From contig NC_043006.1 of assembly GCF_006345805.1 (NCBI RefSeq), forward strand, positions 31,248,001-31,312,000: 64,000 bases of DNA, in the 5' to 3' direction. This DNA comes from Octopus sinensis (Eukaryota). Under the pieces are notes generated by a model. The model was not told the origin of the DNA. It was given only the letters and a program-made list of their open reading frames with translations, and did not search any database. Of this stretch, positions 12,760-25,454 are shown piece after piece (positions within the stretch are counted from its first letter, which is position 1; each line of letters opens with the position of its first letter). Both the position numbers and the translations under genes were made by a program.

Positions 12760-13500
12760 TATCTTGTGGAAGGGACGGGCTCCGGGGAAGGGTTTTGTCC
12801 CTGCTTTCACTGACCATCCGAGACCGCTGAGGTGGACACCATTAATGTTGACGGCTTGAGACAAAGTTTGTGTATGAAGGAAAATGTAGAAAGCCGACCT
12901 GGGAAGTAAAGCTTCGTAGCAGAAGCGATTAGTGGAGGGTGTTGATTGGAACCACGAATACTGAGACGAATGAGTAGAAAGTGTCCGAGGGGAAGTGGCC
13001 GGAGACCAATCCACCCCGAGCAGCCGAAGCCATTGTTTCAAAGATAGAAAAGGCAGTGTGTATGTTTGTGTGTGTATGTGTTGGGGGGGGGGATTATATG
13101 CTAGGGGTTGGAGTTTGTTGGTGAGAAACTTCAAGAGACTTGGTTGGCCTCTTTAGGATGCAGTCTAGGCCTGTATATGAAGCATCAGCACTATCTCAAA
13201 TGTGATAGTAATATTCTGTTATTGGTTTTACACGAACTGGTTGAAGAATAAAGTATTATCTGGCCTGGAAGAGGAAGAAACCTAATCATTGTGGAGCAGT
13301 CATTGCCTTCGATAAGAGAATCCCTCAGTGAGGGCGAGACCTTGTATTTATTGCAAATTTGAAGGTTCAAGTTGATGATTGTTCATGATTAATGGTGGAC
13401 GATCAGATTATTTATAAGGTTAGAAACGGTGAGTTGGCCAAACAGATAAGGTATTGGTCAATCTCGGGTCGGAAGATGAAACCTGTGCAACTTATTGGTT
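12760..13500 (-). mobile_element. Highly decayed Penelope-like RT remnant
   Basis: Weak resemblance of minus-strand translations (LPFL...STNRFCY...; LFFNQF) to PLE RT motifs. Confidence 0.35.
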
Positions 13501-13599
13501 GAGTTAAATTAACCCGGGAGATTTATAATCTGCTAATGTTTAACATTGCTCTCGTGCCTGTGTGAACATTCATACAAACATGTGTGTTCGAGTGTCATA

Positions 13600-14010
13600 T
13601 TCAGAAACGCTATTATGAAAATACGAATAGAAAATTTTAGGAATGTTTTAGACATTTTTAATGCATCATTAATCAATGGATTGAAAAGATGTGTGTCAGT
13701 TTGCTGGCTTGTAGGCAAATATTCTGTTCCGTATCACAATGTCTTCAAGATGACTGTTGCCTATGAGTATTTAGAGCTTAGATACGAGGGCTGTACGTTC
13801 CATATTAGTTCACCATAGATGTTCTCTTTGTCAACAACTTTAGAGAAGTCATCATTGACATCGGCTGGGCAGCAGCTGATCTCAACAACAGCGCATGACT
13901 TTTGGACGTTCCCCTGTAGAACAATATCATATCTATCATTTTGGCAAAGGATAGTGGTTTTTATGGGAATGTCCCGCCAGCATTTCTTCTTTTTATGTGA
14001 ATACATTCTG
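13600..14010 (-). mobile_element. R4/Dong-like RLE LINE 3' fragment (restriction-like endonuclease)
   Basis: WRDIPIKTTILCQNDRYDIV...CAVVEISC..PADVN...KENIYGEL and terminal KMSKTFLKF. Confidence 0.75.
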
Positions 14011-14269
14011 TTCCTAACTGTTCTTTAACAGTCAGGACAATCCTTCCTGTCGATAAACATTTCCTGTTTGATTAGAAGATGGTACATTGTGGGGCTATGT
14101 TTGAGGTGTCTGGTGTTTTTCACTCCGATTATCACTATTTTCTCTCACTACGAAGAATATAACTTTCATTGGAAACGATGCATTACTATTCTTTAAATAA
14201 AAATGTTGCGTGAGTGTAATGTCCGCTGTTGAGTGACGATTTGGGAGTATTCTATGTCCTCTGTTGATC

Positions 14270-14470
14270 TTTCATTTGGTAGCTATGGAATAGAAATGAG
14301 TGTAAAGGAAACAGAATCAATGGTAAACTAAAAGAAACAACAAGCACCGAAAATAGATATTAGAATTGAGGGAAATCCATTTGAAAAGATATCAGAGATG
14401 ATATATCTGGGAAATATAGAATCAGAAACATAGAAATGTGAAACGGAAATCAAAGGATTGAAATAGTTTG
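14270..14470 (+). mobile_element. RTE RT fragment
   Basis: Manual translation GIEMSVKETESMV...IRIEGNPFEKISEMIYLG...CETEIK. Confidence 0.55.
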
Positions 14471-14509
14471 GAAATTCCAAGCATACAAACAACTAGAAAT
14501 ATTGGTTTC

Positions 14510-14715
14510 ACATTTTAGCATAAGGCCAACAAATTGGGTGAAGGGGTTAAGTCAATTAAATCAACCTCAGTACCCAGCTGCTATTTTTTATCAACCCCAA
14601 AAGGATGAAAAGCAAAGTCGACCTCGGCGGTATTTAAACCCAGAACGTAAAGACAAACGAAATGTCGCTAAGCATTTTTCCCGGCGTGCTAACGGTTCTG
14701 CCAGCTTCCCGCCTT
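14510..14715 (-). mobile_element. SINE family B
   Basis: Matches copies at 18360, 36651 and 49219 (gaggtcgactttgcctttcatcc...). Confidence 0.8.
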
Positions 14716-15050
14716 AACAAACAAAAAAAAATATCAGTATCGAAACCAGAAGATATTACTAAAATTTAGATTTCAAATCTTTAAGATGTGGACATATATG
14801 AGACTTTTGAGAATATATAGATAGAACACAAAACCAATGATGGTGTACAAAATATGGCAACAAACTAAGAAAATGTTATAGGAAATTGTCAAAGAATGGA
14901 TACTGAAATAATTTGAACTCTTAATTAGAGAGAATTCAGAAAATGTTAATAATAGGTAAAATGAATGGGAAGAAAGGGAGGAAATAAGAAATACTGTAAA
15001 TGTATAAAGACAGCATAAGAAAGAGCAAGATGACGACCTGTGGTAGTCAG

Positions 15051-15198
15051 CTTGTTGAGAGCAGACAATACTCGATGAGAGCAGACGATAATTGATGAGA
15101 ACAGATGATAATTGATGAGTGCAGACAATACTTGATGAGAGCAGACGATAATTGATGAGAACAGATGATAATTGATGAGAGCAGACGATACTTGATGA
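15051..15198 (+). repeat. 20-bp minisatellite with 60-bp higher-order period
   Basis: Unit (C/A)TTGATGAGA(G/A)CAGA(C/T)(G/A)ATA, about 7 copies; 15061-15120 and 15121-15180 are nearly identical. Confidence 0.9.
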
Positions 15199-15229
15199 TG
15201 TTTTGCATACAGTCACTTATTCATGAACA

Positions 15230-15900
15230 GCAAAGTCTTGTCCTTCTAGGTAAGATGTGATGGTGATTACAGATACATGACCAGGTAGATGGCTTCAACT
15301 TCCATATCTTCCGAACTCTGTTGAGATTATGGTGATTAGGTGTAACTCTTTGTGTCCAGAAAAGGCTACGATTGCTGACAATGTTGTTGGTGTCCTCTAG
15401 ACACTAAGATAGGTATCCATTCGTAGAATTCTGCTGATATGATGAGTGTTTCTCCTCCAAGTTTCTCTTTGAATAGGCTACACCAGATACTATTGAGTCA
15501 CATCGAATATATGTAAACTCAGAGCAACTATTCAGGAATTCTTTTCTTACTCTTATATTACTTTCATTTTCATTGAGTACGCCTGTGATGTACTCATTTC
15601 TCCCTTTATCGTTTTATAACAATGATGTCTGAGTGATACGATGCTACTCCTAAAAATTATTTTCTACTGACATTATGTCCCTGTCTCATTCCTCCATTTC
15701 ATACAAATCCGTTTATGCCAACGTCGATCTTTCCTTGACTGACAATCAAATATGAACACGCCATTTCCAAACTCCATTCCTATGTTCTCAGAGAATGTTG
15801 TAACTGTTTCTTTGTGTTGTGAATATTAACCTAAATACAATTCCAGGTCGGACATTTTCTCAAAAGAGGTGACAAGGGCCTCACTGCTGGAAATAACAGT
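15230..15900 (-). mobile_element. Decayed R4/Dong-like RT fragment, probably the upstream part of the 13600-14010 piece
   Basis: Manual translation VTTFSENIGMEFG resembles the copies at 56947 and 61183-61650. Confidence 0.5.
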
Positions 15901-15979
15901 ATTACAGACAAGCTATCATTCCAGAATGTATATATGTAAATATATTTATATATGTATGCATACTACAGTATAGGAAGAT

Positions 15980-17860
15980 TTTCGAGACCAGGTTCTTCAA
16001 TGTGCTGCTGAAACACTAGGTTTGATGAAAATGATGCTGAAGTTCAGTGAGTATTAGTTGTAAAGCGTCATGCCCACAATGTATTGCTGCACAGAGGACT
16101 TTCAGTTGTGCAGCAAATTTTAGCATTTGCCCCCTATAGCAGTGTAAAATCATTACTGCAGCGATCTCTCAGGAAGATGCAGAACACTAGGTGAGAGGAG
16201 AGGATCTTGCTCGTGATGTTCAGGCTGCTGCTGATGCAAATGACAGCAAGAAGCTTTACCATCTTATGAAGCAAGTTTATGGGCCTAAGAGCCCTGCATC
16301 AGTTCCTTTGCTCTCCAAGGAGTCTTTCACTCTATTTACTAAATTAACAGGTCACTGGATTGAACACTTCTCTAAACTCCTAAACGATGAGTCAGTTGTG
16401 GATGAAACAGTGATTGGTACTATGCAACAAAGACCTACCATTGGCTCCTTAAATACTATACCCTCAATAGATGAAGTAATGACAGCATTAAGTAAGTTAA
16501 ATTCTGGTAAGTCACCTGGTGAGGATGGTTTTTGTGCTGAGATCCTGTGATTTGATGGTGATCGCATCACACAGTCCCTTCATGAACTTACTAGTGTAGT
16601 CTGAAGGGATGGTGCAATACCTAAGGACTGGAATGATGCAGTCGTTCTTCCTCTTCATAAAGGAAAAGAAGCCAGAATAATGTGTGGTAACTACGGAGGT
16701 ATTGCTCTACTATCAGCTGTTGGCAAGGTTCTGGCAATTATTCTTCTTACCTGCCTGAATAGGTGTCTCGTAAATGATGTCCTATCTGAATGTCAATGTC
16801 GCTTCCGATCTGGCAGAGGGACAAGGGATATTATTTTCATAACAAGAGAGATGCAGGAAGAAATCTTCGCTGATTGCTACCAATTCAAAATTTTTCCAGT
16901 CTTATTTGTGACCTCCTTTATGCAGATGACTGTGACTTAGTCACTCATACAGTGGATGACATGTAAATACTTATGAATCATATTTCTACTTCTTGTAAGG
17001 CATTTGGGCTCAACATTAGCTTGGAAAAGACTATTGTAATGTTCCAGCCTGCACCAGGAAATCAATATGTGGAACCAGCTATCTTGGTTGAAGGAACAAT
17101 ACTGAAAGTGGTAGACAAGTTTGTCTACCTGGGCAGCACACTCGGGTGTTCTTGCTCCTTGGATGATGACATATCTTTCTGGCTACAGAGAGCAACTGAT
17201 TCAGTCTCGTGTCTGGTCCCAGCATGGCATCACACGGCAAACAAAAATTGCTGTGTATCGTGCATGTGTACTGACATCGCTCCTTTACTCATGTGAGATA
17301 TGGACCCTTTGCAAATGTCATGTAAAGGTCCTTGAACGCTTCCATCAGAGATGTCTGAGACATTCTGAATGTTGGCTGGATCTTAAAAACTCCAGACGCA
17401 CAGGTCCCGAGGAAAGCTAATATCTTGAGTATTGAGGTGATGGTGCCCAAGTATTGGTTACGTTGGCCAGGACACCCTATTAGAATAAAGGATAGCAGGA
17501 TCCCTAAACAGATGCTATATGGGGAACTTGTTAGTGGAAAGAGACCCCGGCAGAAACCAAGACTGCGATTTAAGGACTGTGTAAAGTCCTCATTAAAGGC
17601 CTGTGAAATGTAGGAGGTTGTCTGGGAGAGCAATGCTTGTCATTGGATGGAGGAAACGGGTAAAGAGCATGTATTCTTCATGAAGAATTTAAGCATGCTG
17701 TTCGAAAATGTACCGAAAATGAATAGGGAAAGCTTGGTTTGCAATGTTTTTCAAGAGCAGGGCTCATTAGCCACCAACGGATCCGCAAATGCAAAATATA
17801 AGTTAGTTCTAGAGCGCACAATGTTCCTGAAGGTCAGCAATAGTCTTCCTCGGTCACAAG
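15980..17860 (+). mobile_element. Decayed RTE (BovB-like) LINE, ORF2 with internal deletion
   Basis: ORFs with KSPGEDG, NYGGIALLS, CQCRFRSGRGT, YADD, KFVYLGS, LERFHQRCLRH, PKQMLYGEL. Confidence 0.9.
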
Positions 17861-17917
17861 TGGACGGCCATCATATGTATCTATATACATGCATGTGTAT
17901 TACGTATGTAAGTATAT

Positions 17918-17984
<67 letters not shown>

Positions 17985-18359
17985 CGTGTGTGATGTATGA
18001 TTAAAGACTGAACTGTACATAAAATCCATTAAATGAAAGAGTAAGAGACAAGATTATTGACGATTAAACTAAGCGACAGTTAAAACTATTGTGATAAGAA
18101 GATAAAGAGATATGAATTTCGATTATCGACAAACGAAGAGAAGTTAATGAAATTCAGTTTTCAGTTGATCGATAAATACGACAGAGATAAAACGAGCGAG
18201 CGAGAATGAGAGTGAGCGAGAAGGAATGATAGAGGGAGAGAGGGAGAGAAAGAGAGAGAGAGAGAGAGAGGGGGGGGGACTGGGATGAATAAAAGAAATG
18301 AAAAGCTAAGCAGAAAACCAGAGAGAATAAAGAGGGTTTATAGCATTTTAAAACTATAC

Positions 18360-18563
18360 TTTAAGGCACAAGGCCCGAAATTTTTGGGGAGGAGGTCCAT
18401 CGATTAGATCGACCCCAGTACGCAACTGGTACTTAATTTATCGACCTCCGAAAGGATGAAAGGCAAAGTCGACCTCGGCGGAATTTGAACTAAGAATGTA
18501 GACAGACGAAATACCTCTAAGCATTTCGCCCGGCGTGCTAACAATTCTACCAGCTCGCCGCCT
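18360..18563 (-). mobile_element. SINE family B
   Basis: Full family B body; B box gttcaaattcc on the minus strand. Confidence 0.85.
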
Positions 18564-18676
18564 TCGCATTTTAAAAATATATTCTCACACACACGTGTGT
18601 GGAAATACGCAGGTATATCTGTCTGTCTGTCAGTCTGTCTGTCTGTCCTCTCCTCCCTCTCTCTCTCTCAGTCTGT

Positions 18677-18717
<41 letters not shown>

Positions 18718-18719
18718 TC

Positions 18720-19064
18720 TTTCATTTTTTTTACTTGTTCCAGTCATTAGACTGTGGCCATGTTGGGGCACCACCTTGAGGAATTTCACTCGAACTAATC
18801 GACCCAACCACTTTATTTTTAAAGCCTGGTATTTATTTTTATCGGTAACTGTTAAGTTATAGGGACATAAACACACCAACATAGGCTGTCAAGCTGTGAT
18901 GGGGGAACAAACACAGTTTGTCTTTCAGTTTCCGTCTACCAAATCCACTTGCAAGATTTTGGTTGGCCCTACGCTATAGTGGAAGACACTCGTCCAAGAT
19001 TCCACGCAATGGGACTGAACCCGGAACCATGTTATTGGGAAGTAAGCTTCTTACCACATAGCCG
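18720..19064 (-). mobile_element. SINE family A
   Basis: Reverse complement of the family A consensus seen at 8236. Confidence 0.8.
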
Positions 19065-20077
19065 TGTATGAATGTGTGTATGAGTGTGTGTGTGTGTGTG
19101 TGTGTGTGTGTTGTGTGGTGTGTGTGTGTTGTGTGTGTATGTGTGTGTGTGTTTTAAAACCACAGCAGGGCCCAAAATTACATCAATGAATGTTTAGCTT
19201 CAGTGACATAGTTTTACTGTTGCTGAGAGAAAGTCCTTCCAAGACGAAAATAGACTTTTGCCTCCAGCAAGAAACTTTAAACTCTTTCTTTTAAATCTTC
19301 TTCCCTTCTTTTAGCATCTCCTCCCAGCACTTTCTCTTTTATTCATTCTCTTTCTCCTTCCCTCCCACTCTCTCAACCATTCTGTCGCCCTTCCTTCCCT
19401 CACCCTTTCTCTATTACTTCTACTATTTTCCCCCACTTCGCGAAAACACTTCCAAATGTTACATTCCCAGGCCATTAGCACTCTGTTCTGAGACTGACGA
19501 CAATTGATTAAAAAGTTAAAGAGTTCCATTGTTGGCCAGAAGACATATTTTGAACCGCTTGTAGTAGTAGTGGTATTGTTGTTGTTGTTGTTGTTGTTGG
19601 CGGTGGTGGTGGTGGTTGTCATGGCTGAAAGGCAGTGGTGGTGTTTGTCGTGGTGCTGTCGGTGACGGTGGTAATGGTGACGGTTGTCGTGGCTGAATGG
19701 TGGTGGTGTCGTTGGTGATGGAATTGGTGAGTGTTTTGTGGTAGTGGTGGTGGTTCTAACGATGTTGGCGGCTTGTTGGGGCGATTACATGACACATCAA
19801 TACTTTCTATGAACGATTAACGCATGGACTCGGTACGTATTATTTGCAAAGATATCGATGTGGCTGGGCGGTTGTTCGTTTCGCAACCACATGCTTTCTG
19901 GTTCGGTCTTACCGTGTAGCATCATGTAAAAGCATCTCCTCCTGCAGCCTGCAGTATCAGCCAATGAATGTGCTGTGAGTGAAATTATTAGGTGTTTTTT
20001 GACGAGGATAAATTATGATCCCTTACCAAGTTTTTTGCATTGAAAAACGATAGAATCGTAATGCACACCATCCGAAA

Positions 20078-20606
20078 CAGTGGTTCTCAACCATTTTTTT
20101 TCGTCTATGGACCTCTTTAGTTCACCCCATGGCTATTTGAAGTTTTAAAAAAATCCCATTAAATTTTTATAATTAAATAGCATTAAGAATTCTTTATTCG
20201 TTTACTTGTTTCAGTCATGTGACTGCGGCCATCCTGGAGCATCACCTTAAAGGGTTTTAGTCGAAGAAATCGACCCCAGGACATATTTTTTGTAAGCCTG
20301 GTACTTATTCTATCGGTCACCTTGTCCGAACTGCTAAGTTACGGAGACATAAACACACTAACATCGATTGTCAAGCGATGGTGGGGGACAACCATACACA
20401 CACACATACACACACAGATAGATATATGACGGGCTTCTTTCAGTTTCCGTCTACCAAATCCACACACACGGCTTTGGTCGGCCCAAGGTGCCATGCAGTG
20501 GGACTGAACCCAGAACCATGTGGCTGGTAAGCAAGTTTCTTATCACATAATCAACTCTGTGCCTAATATTTCATGTATTCATACAGACCCCGGTTGAGAA
20601 CCATTA
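20078..20606. mobile_element. hAT-type MITE interrupted by a SINE A (20191-20562, minus)
   Basis: TIRs CAGTGGTTCTCAACC / GGTTGAGAACCATTA; same family as 45077-45425. Confidence 0.7.
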
Positions 20607-20728
20607 ATCTAAGGCATGTTTGTTGAAAATTTTATTTAAAAATATCCATTTTCCAGAAGGTTATGAGGAAACAAAGTCATAGTAGAAGCGCACATCTCTA
20701 GTGCTATCCAAGTCCTACCAAATACTGA

Positions 20729-20828
20729 NNNNNNNNNNNNNNNNNNNNNNNNNNNNNNNNNNNNNNNNNNNNNNNNNNNNNNNNNNNNNNNNNNNNNNNN
20801 NNNNNNNNNNNNNNNNNNNNNNNNNNNN
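20729..20828. other. Assembly gap (100 N)
   Basis: Run of N. Confidence 1.
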
Positions 20829-20846
20829 ATAATATATATATATATA

Positions 20847-21705
20847 CAGGGTGCGATGGGTAAGTTGTCGCCATTTTATATTCTTTATTCCGCGCAAGTG
20901 CATTGTTTATGTTTGATATTGTCTACTACACAGTATAGTAGGGTCAGTTGGGTACCGTTTGTGAGAACAACAGCACCATGATGTAATTCACTCTAATAGA
21001 AATTTAGAAATTAAATGCTGTACTGTTTGGCATTCGCGACGGAAGCTCCAATACGAAAAAATGGTGAATACTCAGAACAACCGTTGGTTTGCTGTGTCCT
21101 CAAAACATGTATCGAGAGTGATAAAAATCAAACATACAATTAACATTATGGTGTTTGGAGTGATGACTAGTGATGGCGACGTTATGCCTCCATTCATCTT
21201 CCCACACGGCCTCAGATCAACACGGAAGCCTACATCAAGTGCCTGGTGGAGGTAGTGCTACCTTGGGTCAAGAGGACAGCTGCTGGGAGACACTATGTCT
21301 GGCAACAGGACTCTGCATCATGCCACACAGGCAGGAGAACCCAGTAATGGCTAACCTCTGGTCACCCTAACATCTGGCCACCTAACACCCCAGACTGCAA
21401 CCCCTTTGATTATTATGTGCGGGACACAGCAGAGTGAGACACCAACAAAATTCCTTTGACACCAAAGATGAACTGAAAGCAAGGGTTATGGCAGCATTCA
21501 CCAACTTAAACAAGGAGACCATCCAGGAAAGTTGCAGGAGATTCCGAAGTTGTCTGGAGGTCGTGGTTGAAGCCAATGGCGATTATATTGAATAAATTTA
21601 CTCTTTAGTATTTCAAGATATTTTTATGTAATTCTAGTAAATGAGATGCCAGTGGTATTTTCCTTTTTGCGCAATTTAGAAGACAATTTATTCCCCACAC
21701 ACTAT
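20847..21705 (+). mobile_element. Internally deleted Tc1/mariner-superfamily element (maT/DD37D-like)
   Basis: Starts TA|CAGGGTG. Translation gives IMVFGVMTSDG..MPPFIF, WQQDSASCH and WPPNTPDCNPFDYYV; degenerate right TIR at ~21680-21705. Confidence 0.8.
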
Positions 21706-21718
21706 AACACACACACAA

Positions 21719-21777
<59 letters not shown>

Positions 21778-21819
21778 ACGCACACACACACATGCACACA
21801 CAAACACATATAAACACAC

Positions 21820-21950
21820 GATGGGATTCTTCAAATTTCCGTCTACCAAATCCACTCACAAGGCTTTGGTTGGCCCCAGGCTATAGTAGAAGACACTTGC
21901 CTATGTTGCCACGTAGTAGGATTGAACATGGAACCATGTGGTTGGGGAAG
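21820..21950 (-). mobile_element. SINE family A, 5' half
   Basis: Similarity to other copies. Confidence 0.75.
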
Positions 21951-21967
21951 CAAAATGTATACATACA

Positions 21968-22065
<98 letters not shown>

Positions 22066-22156
22066 ATATATATTTAAATAAATGTGACCGCGTGTGTACC
22101 GTTGGCGATTTTATTTCCTCCGTCTCTTCCCTTCTCTGAATCTTTCCTTTTCCTAT

Positions 22157-22191
22157 GTTTCTGACGAAGAGCTCCGCTCGAAACGTAAAGC
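22157..22191 (+). ncRNA. Minimal type I hammerhead motif, family H1, canonical core
   Basis: GUUU-CUGACGA-A-GAGC(UCC)GCUC-GAAACGUA/AAGC. Stem I GUUU:AAGC (one G-U pair). Confidence 0.72.
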
Positions 22192-22287
22192 CCTCCTTCT
22201 TCCCTTCCTTCCTGAGCGTCCAATAATACTACATTTATTCCACGTCCTCGCGTTGTTGTTTTTCTCTTTGTGTTTTCATGTTTGGAT

Positions 22288-22360
<73 letters not shown>

Positions 22361-22633
22361 ATTTTTGTCTGTGTGTTTGTGAATTTGTTATTTTAACTCC
22401 TCTGAGACTATCCAACCGAACTTGATGAGACTTGGCTCGCGTGTGGGGCTTATGCCAATGGGATCCTTTACGCACTTGGAATTTCAAAGATCGATAATTT
22501 TTAATCAGCATCGGTTTTTCAAAAACTAATAGGACATTTCAATCTAAATTCTCATATGAATGTTATTTTCTGCCATTACGTTTAAAGTTTTCAACCGATT
22601 TTCTTGAAATTTTATACACAGACGGAATATGCG

Positions 22634-22822
22634 CTAAGGATGGGTTGAGACAAATAAATTTTTGCCTTCCTTCTTGATTATTTGTGGGTCAAAGGGGCAT
22701 GCAGCATCAACTATATAGCATATGCGGTGCACCTTGTCCACTACTACTAGGTCCGGTCTGTTATGCTTTAGGACTTGATCTATTTGGATTGGGAAATCCC
22801 AGAGAATTTTGCTAGTCTCCAA
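22634..22822 (-). mobile_element. RLE endonuclease fragment of an R4/Dong-like LINE
   Basis: KILWDFPIQIDQVLKHNRPDLVVVDK...IVDAACPFD. Confidence 0.8.
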
Positions 22823-23541
22823 CTCCTCCGCTCTCTGCGGTTTCTGCTCGTACCACGTCTTTATTGATTAACTGATTAACGAAATTTAACCTAACTTGTT
22901 GTGGGGTTAAAATGTTCATCAATTATTTCAGCTTGCTGTAACATGTATTTTCTTAACACCTGCACTTAAAATTATCGACTCTAAACGTTGCAGCGTTGTG
23001 TGTTAAAACATGTAACATGTATTTTCTTAACACCTGCACATAAAATTGTCGCTTCAAACCGTTGCAATCGATATTTGATTCACACGATCAGTGGAACTAT
23101 ACCCATGGAACACAGTCGTCAAATTAAGTGCAGGTGCGCTTAAAATTTCTCTCAGGTTGCAATGGAATCTGCCCCAAAATGACAAAAACCGTCATTTTTG
23201 TATGCTTTTTTTCCCCTCCTCATAGCATCTTACGACTCTTATGACTGCCACGTTGTCACCTCTGCACCCCAGCCGTTTTTTTTTTCTCATAGCACTTCTT
23301 TCCAATTCCCTTCTTGATGTTTCCATTGATTATATATTCGCAACTTTCCACTCATCTGACTAAACGATTGTCATTTTCCGATTCCACGCGTATTTATTTG
23401 TATTATTGTTTCGTGAATGAATTTACTTACACCTTCCGTTATCTGTCCAATGTCTTGATTTCATTTTTCGTCTGAGAGAAATTAGGCATTGTGGATACTG
23501 GGAATATCCCCGCTCCCGGGTATTACCGGGTACCTCAGCTA

Positions 23542-23586
<45 letters not shown>

Positions 23587-23602
23587 CATACACACACACA
23601 CA

Positions 23603-23633
<31 letters not shown>

Positions 23634-23714
23634 GTGTGTGTATGTATGTATGCATGTGTGTATGTATTATGAACGAATATGTGTGTGTTTATATATGTCT
23701 TTGTGCTTGTGTGT

Positions 23715-23910
23715 GTTCCTCCCCACCTCCATCACTTGACAACTGTTGTTGGTTTGTTTACGTCCCCGTAACTTAGTGGTTCGGCAAAAGACACTGACAG
23801 AACCAGTACCAGGCTTTAAAAGAACAAGTATTGGGGTCGATTCGTTCGGCTAAGATTGTCAAACCGGTGCCCCAGCATGGTCCCACTCAGTGACAAATAA
23901 AAGATGAAAA
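23715..23910 (+). mobile_element. SINE family A, 3' half
   Basis: tttacgtccccgtaacttagtggttcggcaaaag...ccagcatgg. Confidence 0.75.
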
Positions 23911-24285
23911 ACTATAGTGGCATTACATATATATTTCATATTTTTTTGTGTTGCTGACTCAAAACAAATATTGCAGCCGACACCACGAAGAAACTCTGCC
24001 ATCGTCTTGTGATTTTCCCGTCGAGCAACACACGAGACGTTCTTTTAGCTGCACATAGTGTCGACGAACGCTTCTTTGAGGTAAGTTATGACTGTCGATA
24101 GATTACATAGGGGGAAGCGTAAAAATTATTTTTTTCTCTAGATACTAGAGTTATTGATTTACAAGGGCATCGAGCTCAAAGCTTTCCATTGTTCATGCTG
24201 TCTTTCTTTTTCAAGTGACTTTCTTTCCTGTGACTCTATCCTGGATTCAAAGAAACAAATTATAGAACTAAAAAAAAATTAGAGA

Positions 24286-24591
24286 AAAGATTGTTTGCCA
24301 ACATAACATGGCAGTCCCGGTATAAGACGAATGTTGCTGTAATTTAGACACTGGAGATATCGTCTCCAGCTGGTTATACGACACGATCTGTGTCCTTATA
24401 TTTTCGAAAAAGGGAATCTAGCAACCCCACTCAGCTCAAAACAATATCAGTGTATCGCGATTCTCTTGTTCGAAAATATAAGAACACAGATCGTGTTGTA
24501 TAGCCAACTGGAGACGCTGTCTCCTGGGGCTGAATTACAGCAACATTCGTCCTAAACCAGGACTGCCCTGTTATGTTGGCAAACAATCTTT
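24286..24591. mobile_element. Foldback MITE with 123-bp inverted arms and a 60-bp spacer
   Basis: Arm 24286-24408 is the reverse complement of 24469-24591, with about 14 mismatches by eye. Confidence 0.9.
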
Positions 24592-24738
24592 ACCACAAAG
24601 TACTGTTGCTGAATATCTCTCGTTGTGAGATTTAAAAATAACAATTTTCTAAATAAATTTAATCGAGTCACACACACACACATACACACACACACACACA
24701 CACATACACACACACTCACACATAAACACATACACACA

Positions 24739-24770
<32 letters not shown>

Positions 24771-25079
24771 CAGATGGTTCTTCGTCAGTTTCCACGGTGA
24801 GTATCCAGTTGATGGTGCAACTGAATCACCAGCTCATTGCAGACACGTGTGCCTTAAACGTAATTCTCAGGCAGGATTGAACCCCTTTCAATTAATTGAA
24901 TTAATTTGCATATCTACTCTTTGACGATTCGTCATTAATTAAACGATATATATTTCCTTATGCACAACACAATACGAATCAGAAGTGACAGAAAATTAAA
25001 TATTCGAAGAACTAATTGTGAGAGGAAGCTTAAGAATGTAAACATACATACACTCAAGCATACACACACACGCATACGC

Positions 25080-25120
<41 letters not shown>

Positions 25121-25454
25121 GCATATACAAGCAAAAACATTCGAGTATTTACACTCGAAGTAAGATGTTACTATTGTTAACATCATCTGCAGTGAATATT
25201 TTTAATTAATAATATTAACAGCAGTAGCACAGGCAGTTCAACAGGTCAAACAGCATTATATAGCTAAAAAATCTAAAGTTAGCACGAGGCATAAGGATGC
25301 GGAAAAAACATCAACCTGTTTAGAAATAGGAGCTAAATTCCTAATTTAACTGCTAAAAGGCATCAAACAACAGAAAACCAACAGTAGGCAGGAAATGGAT
25401 AAGGAATTAAGACATTAAGAAAAGCACACCTAATGAATATGCCATTTAGATACT

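Noticed and set aside
15051-15198. CRISPR array
   Set aside because: Contiguous repeats without unique spacers, eukaryotic context, no cas genes.
20715-20903. ORF spanning the N gap
   Set aside because: Artefact of translating Ns.
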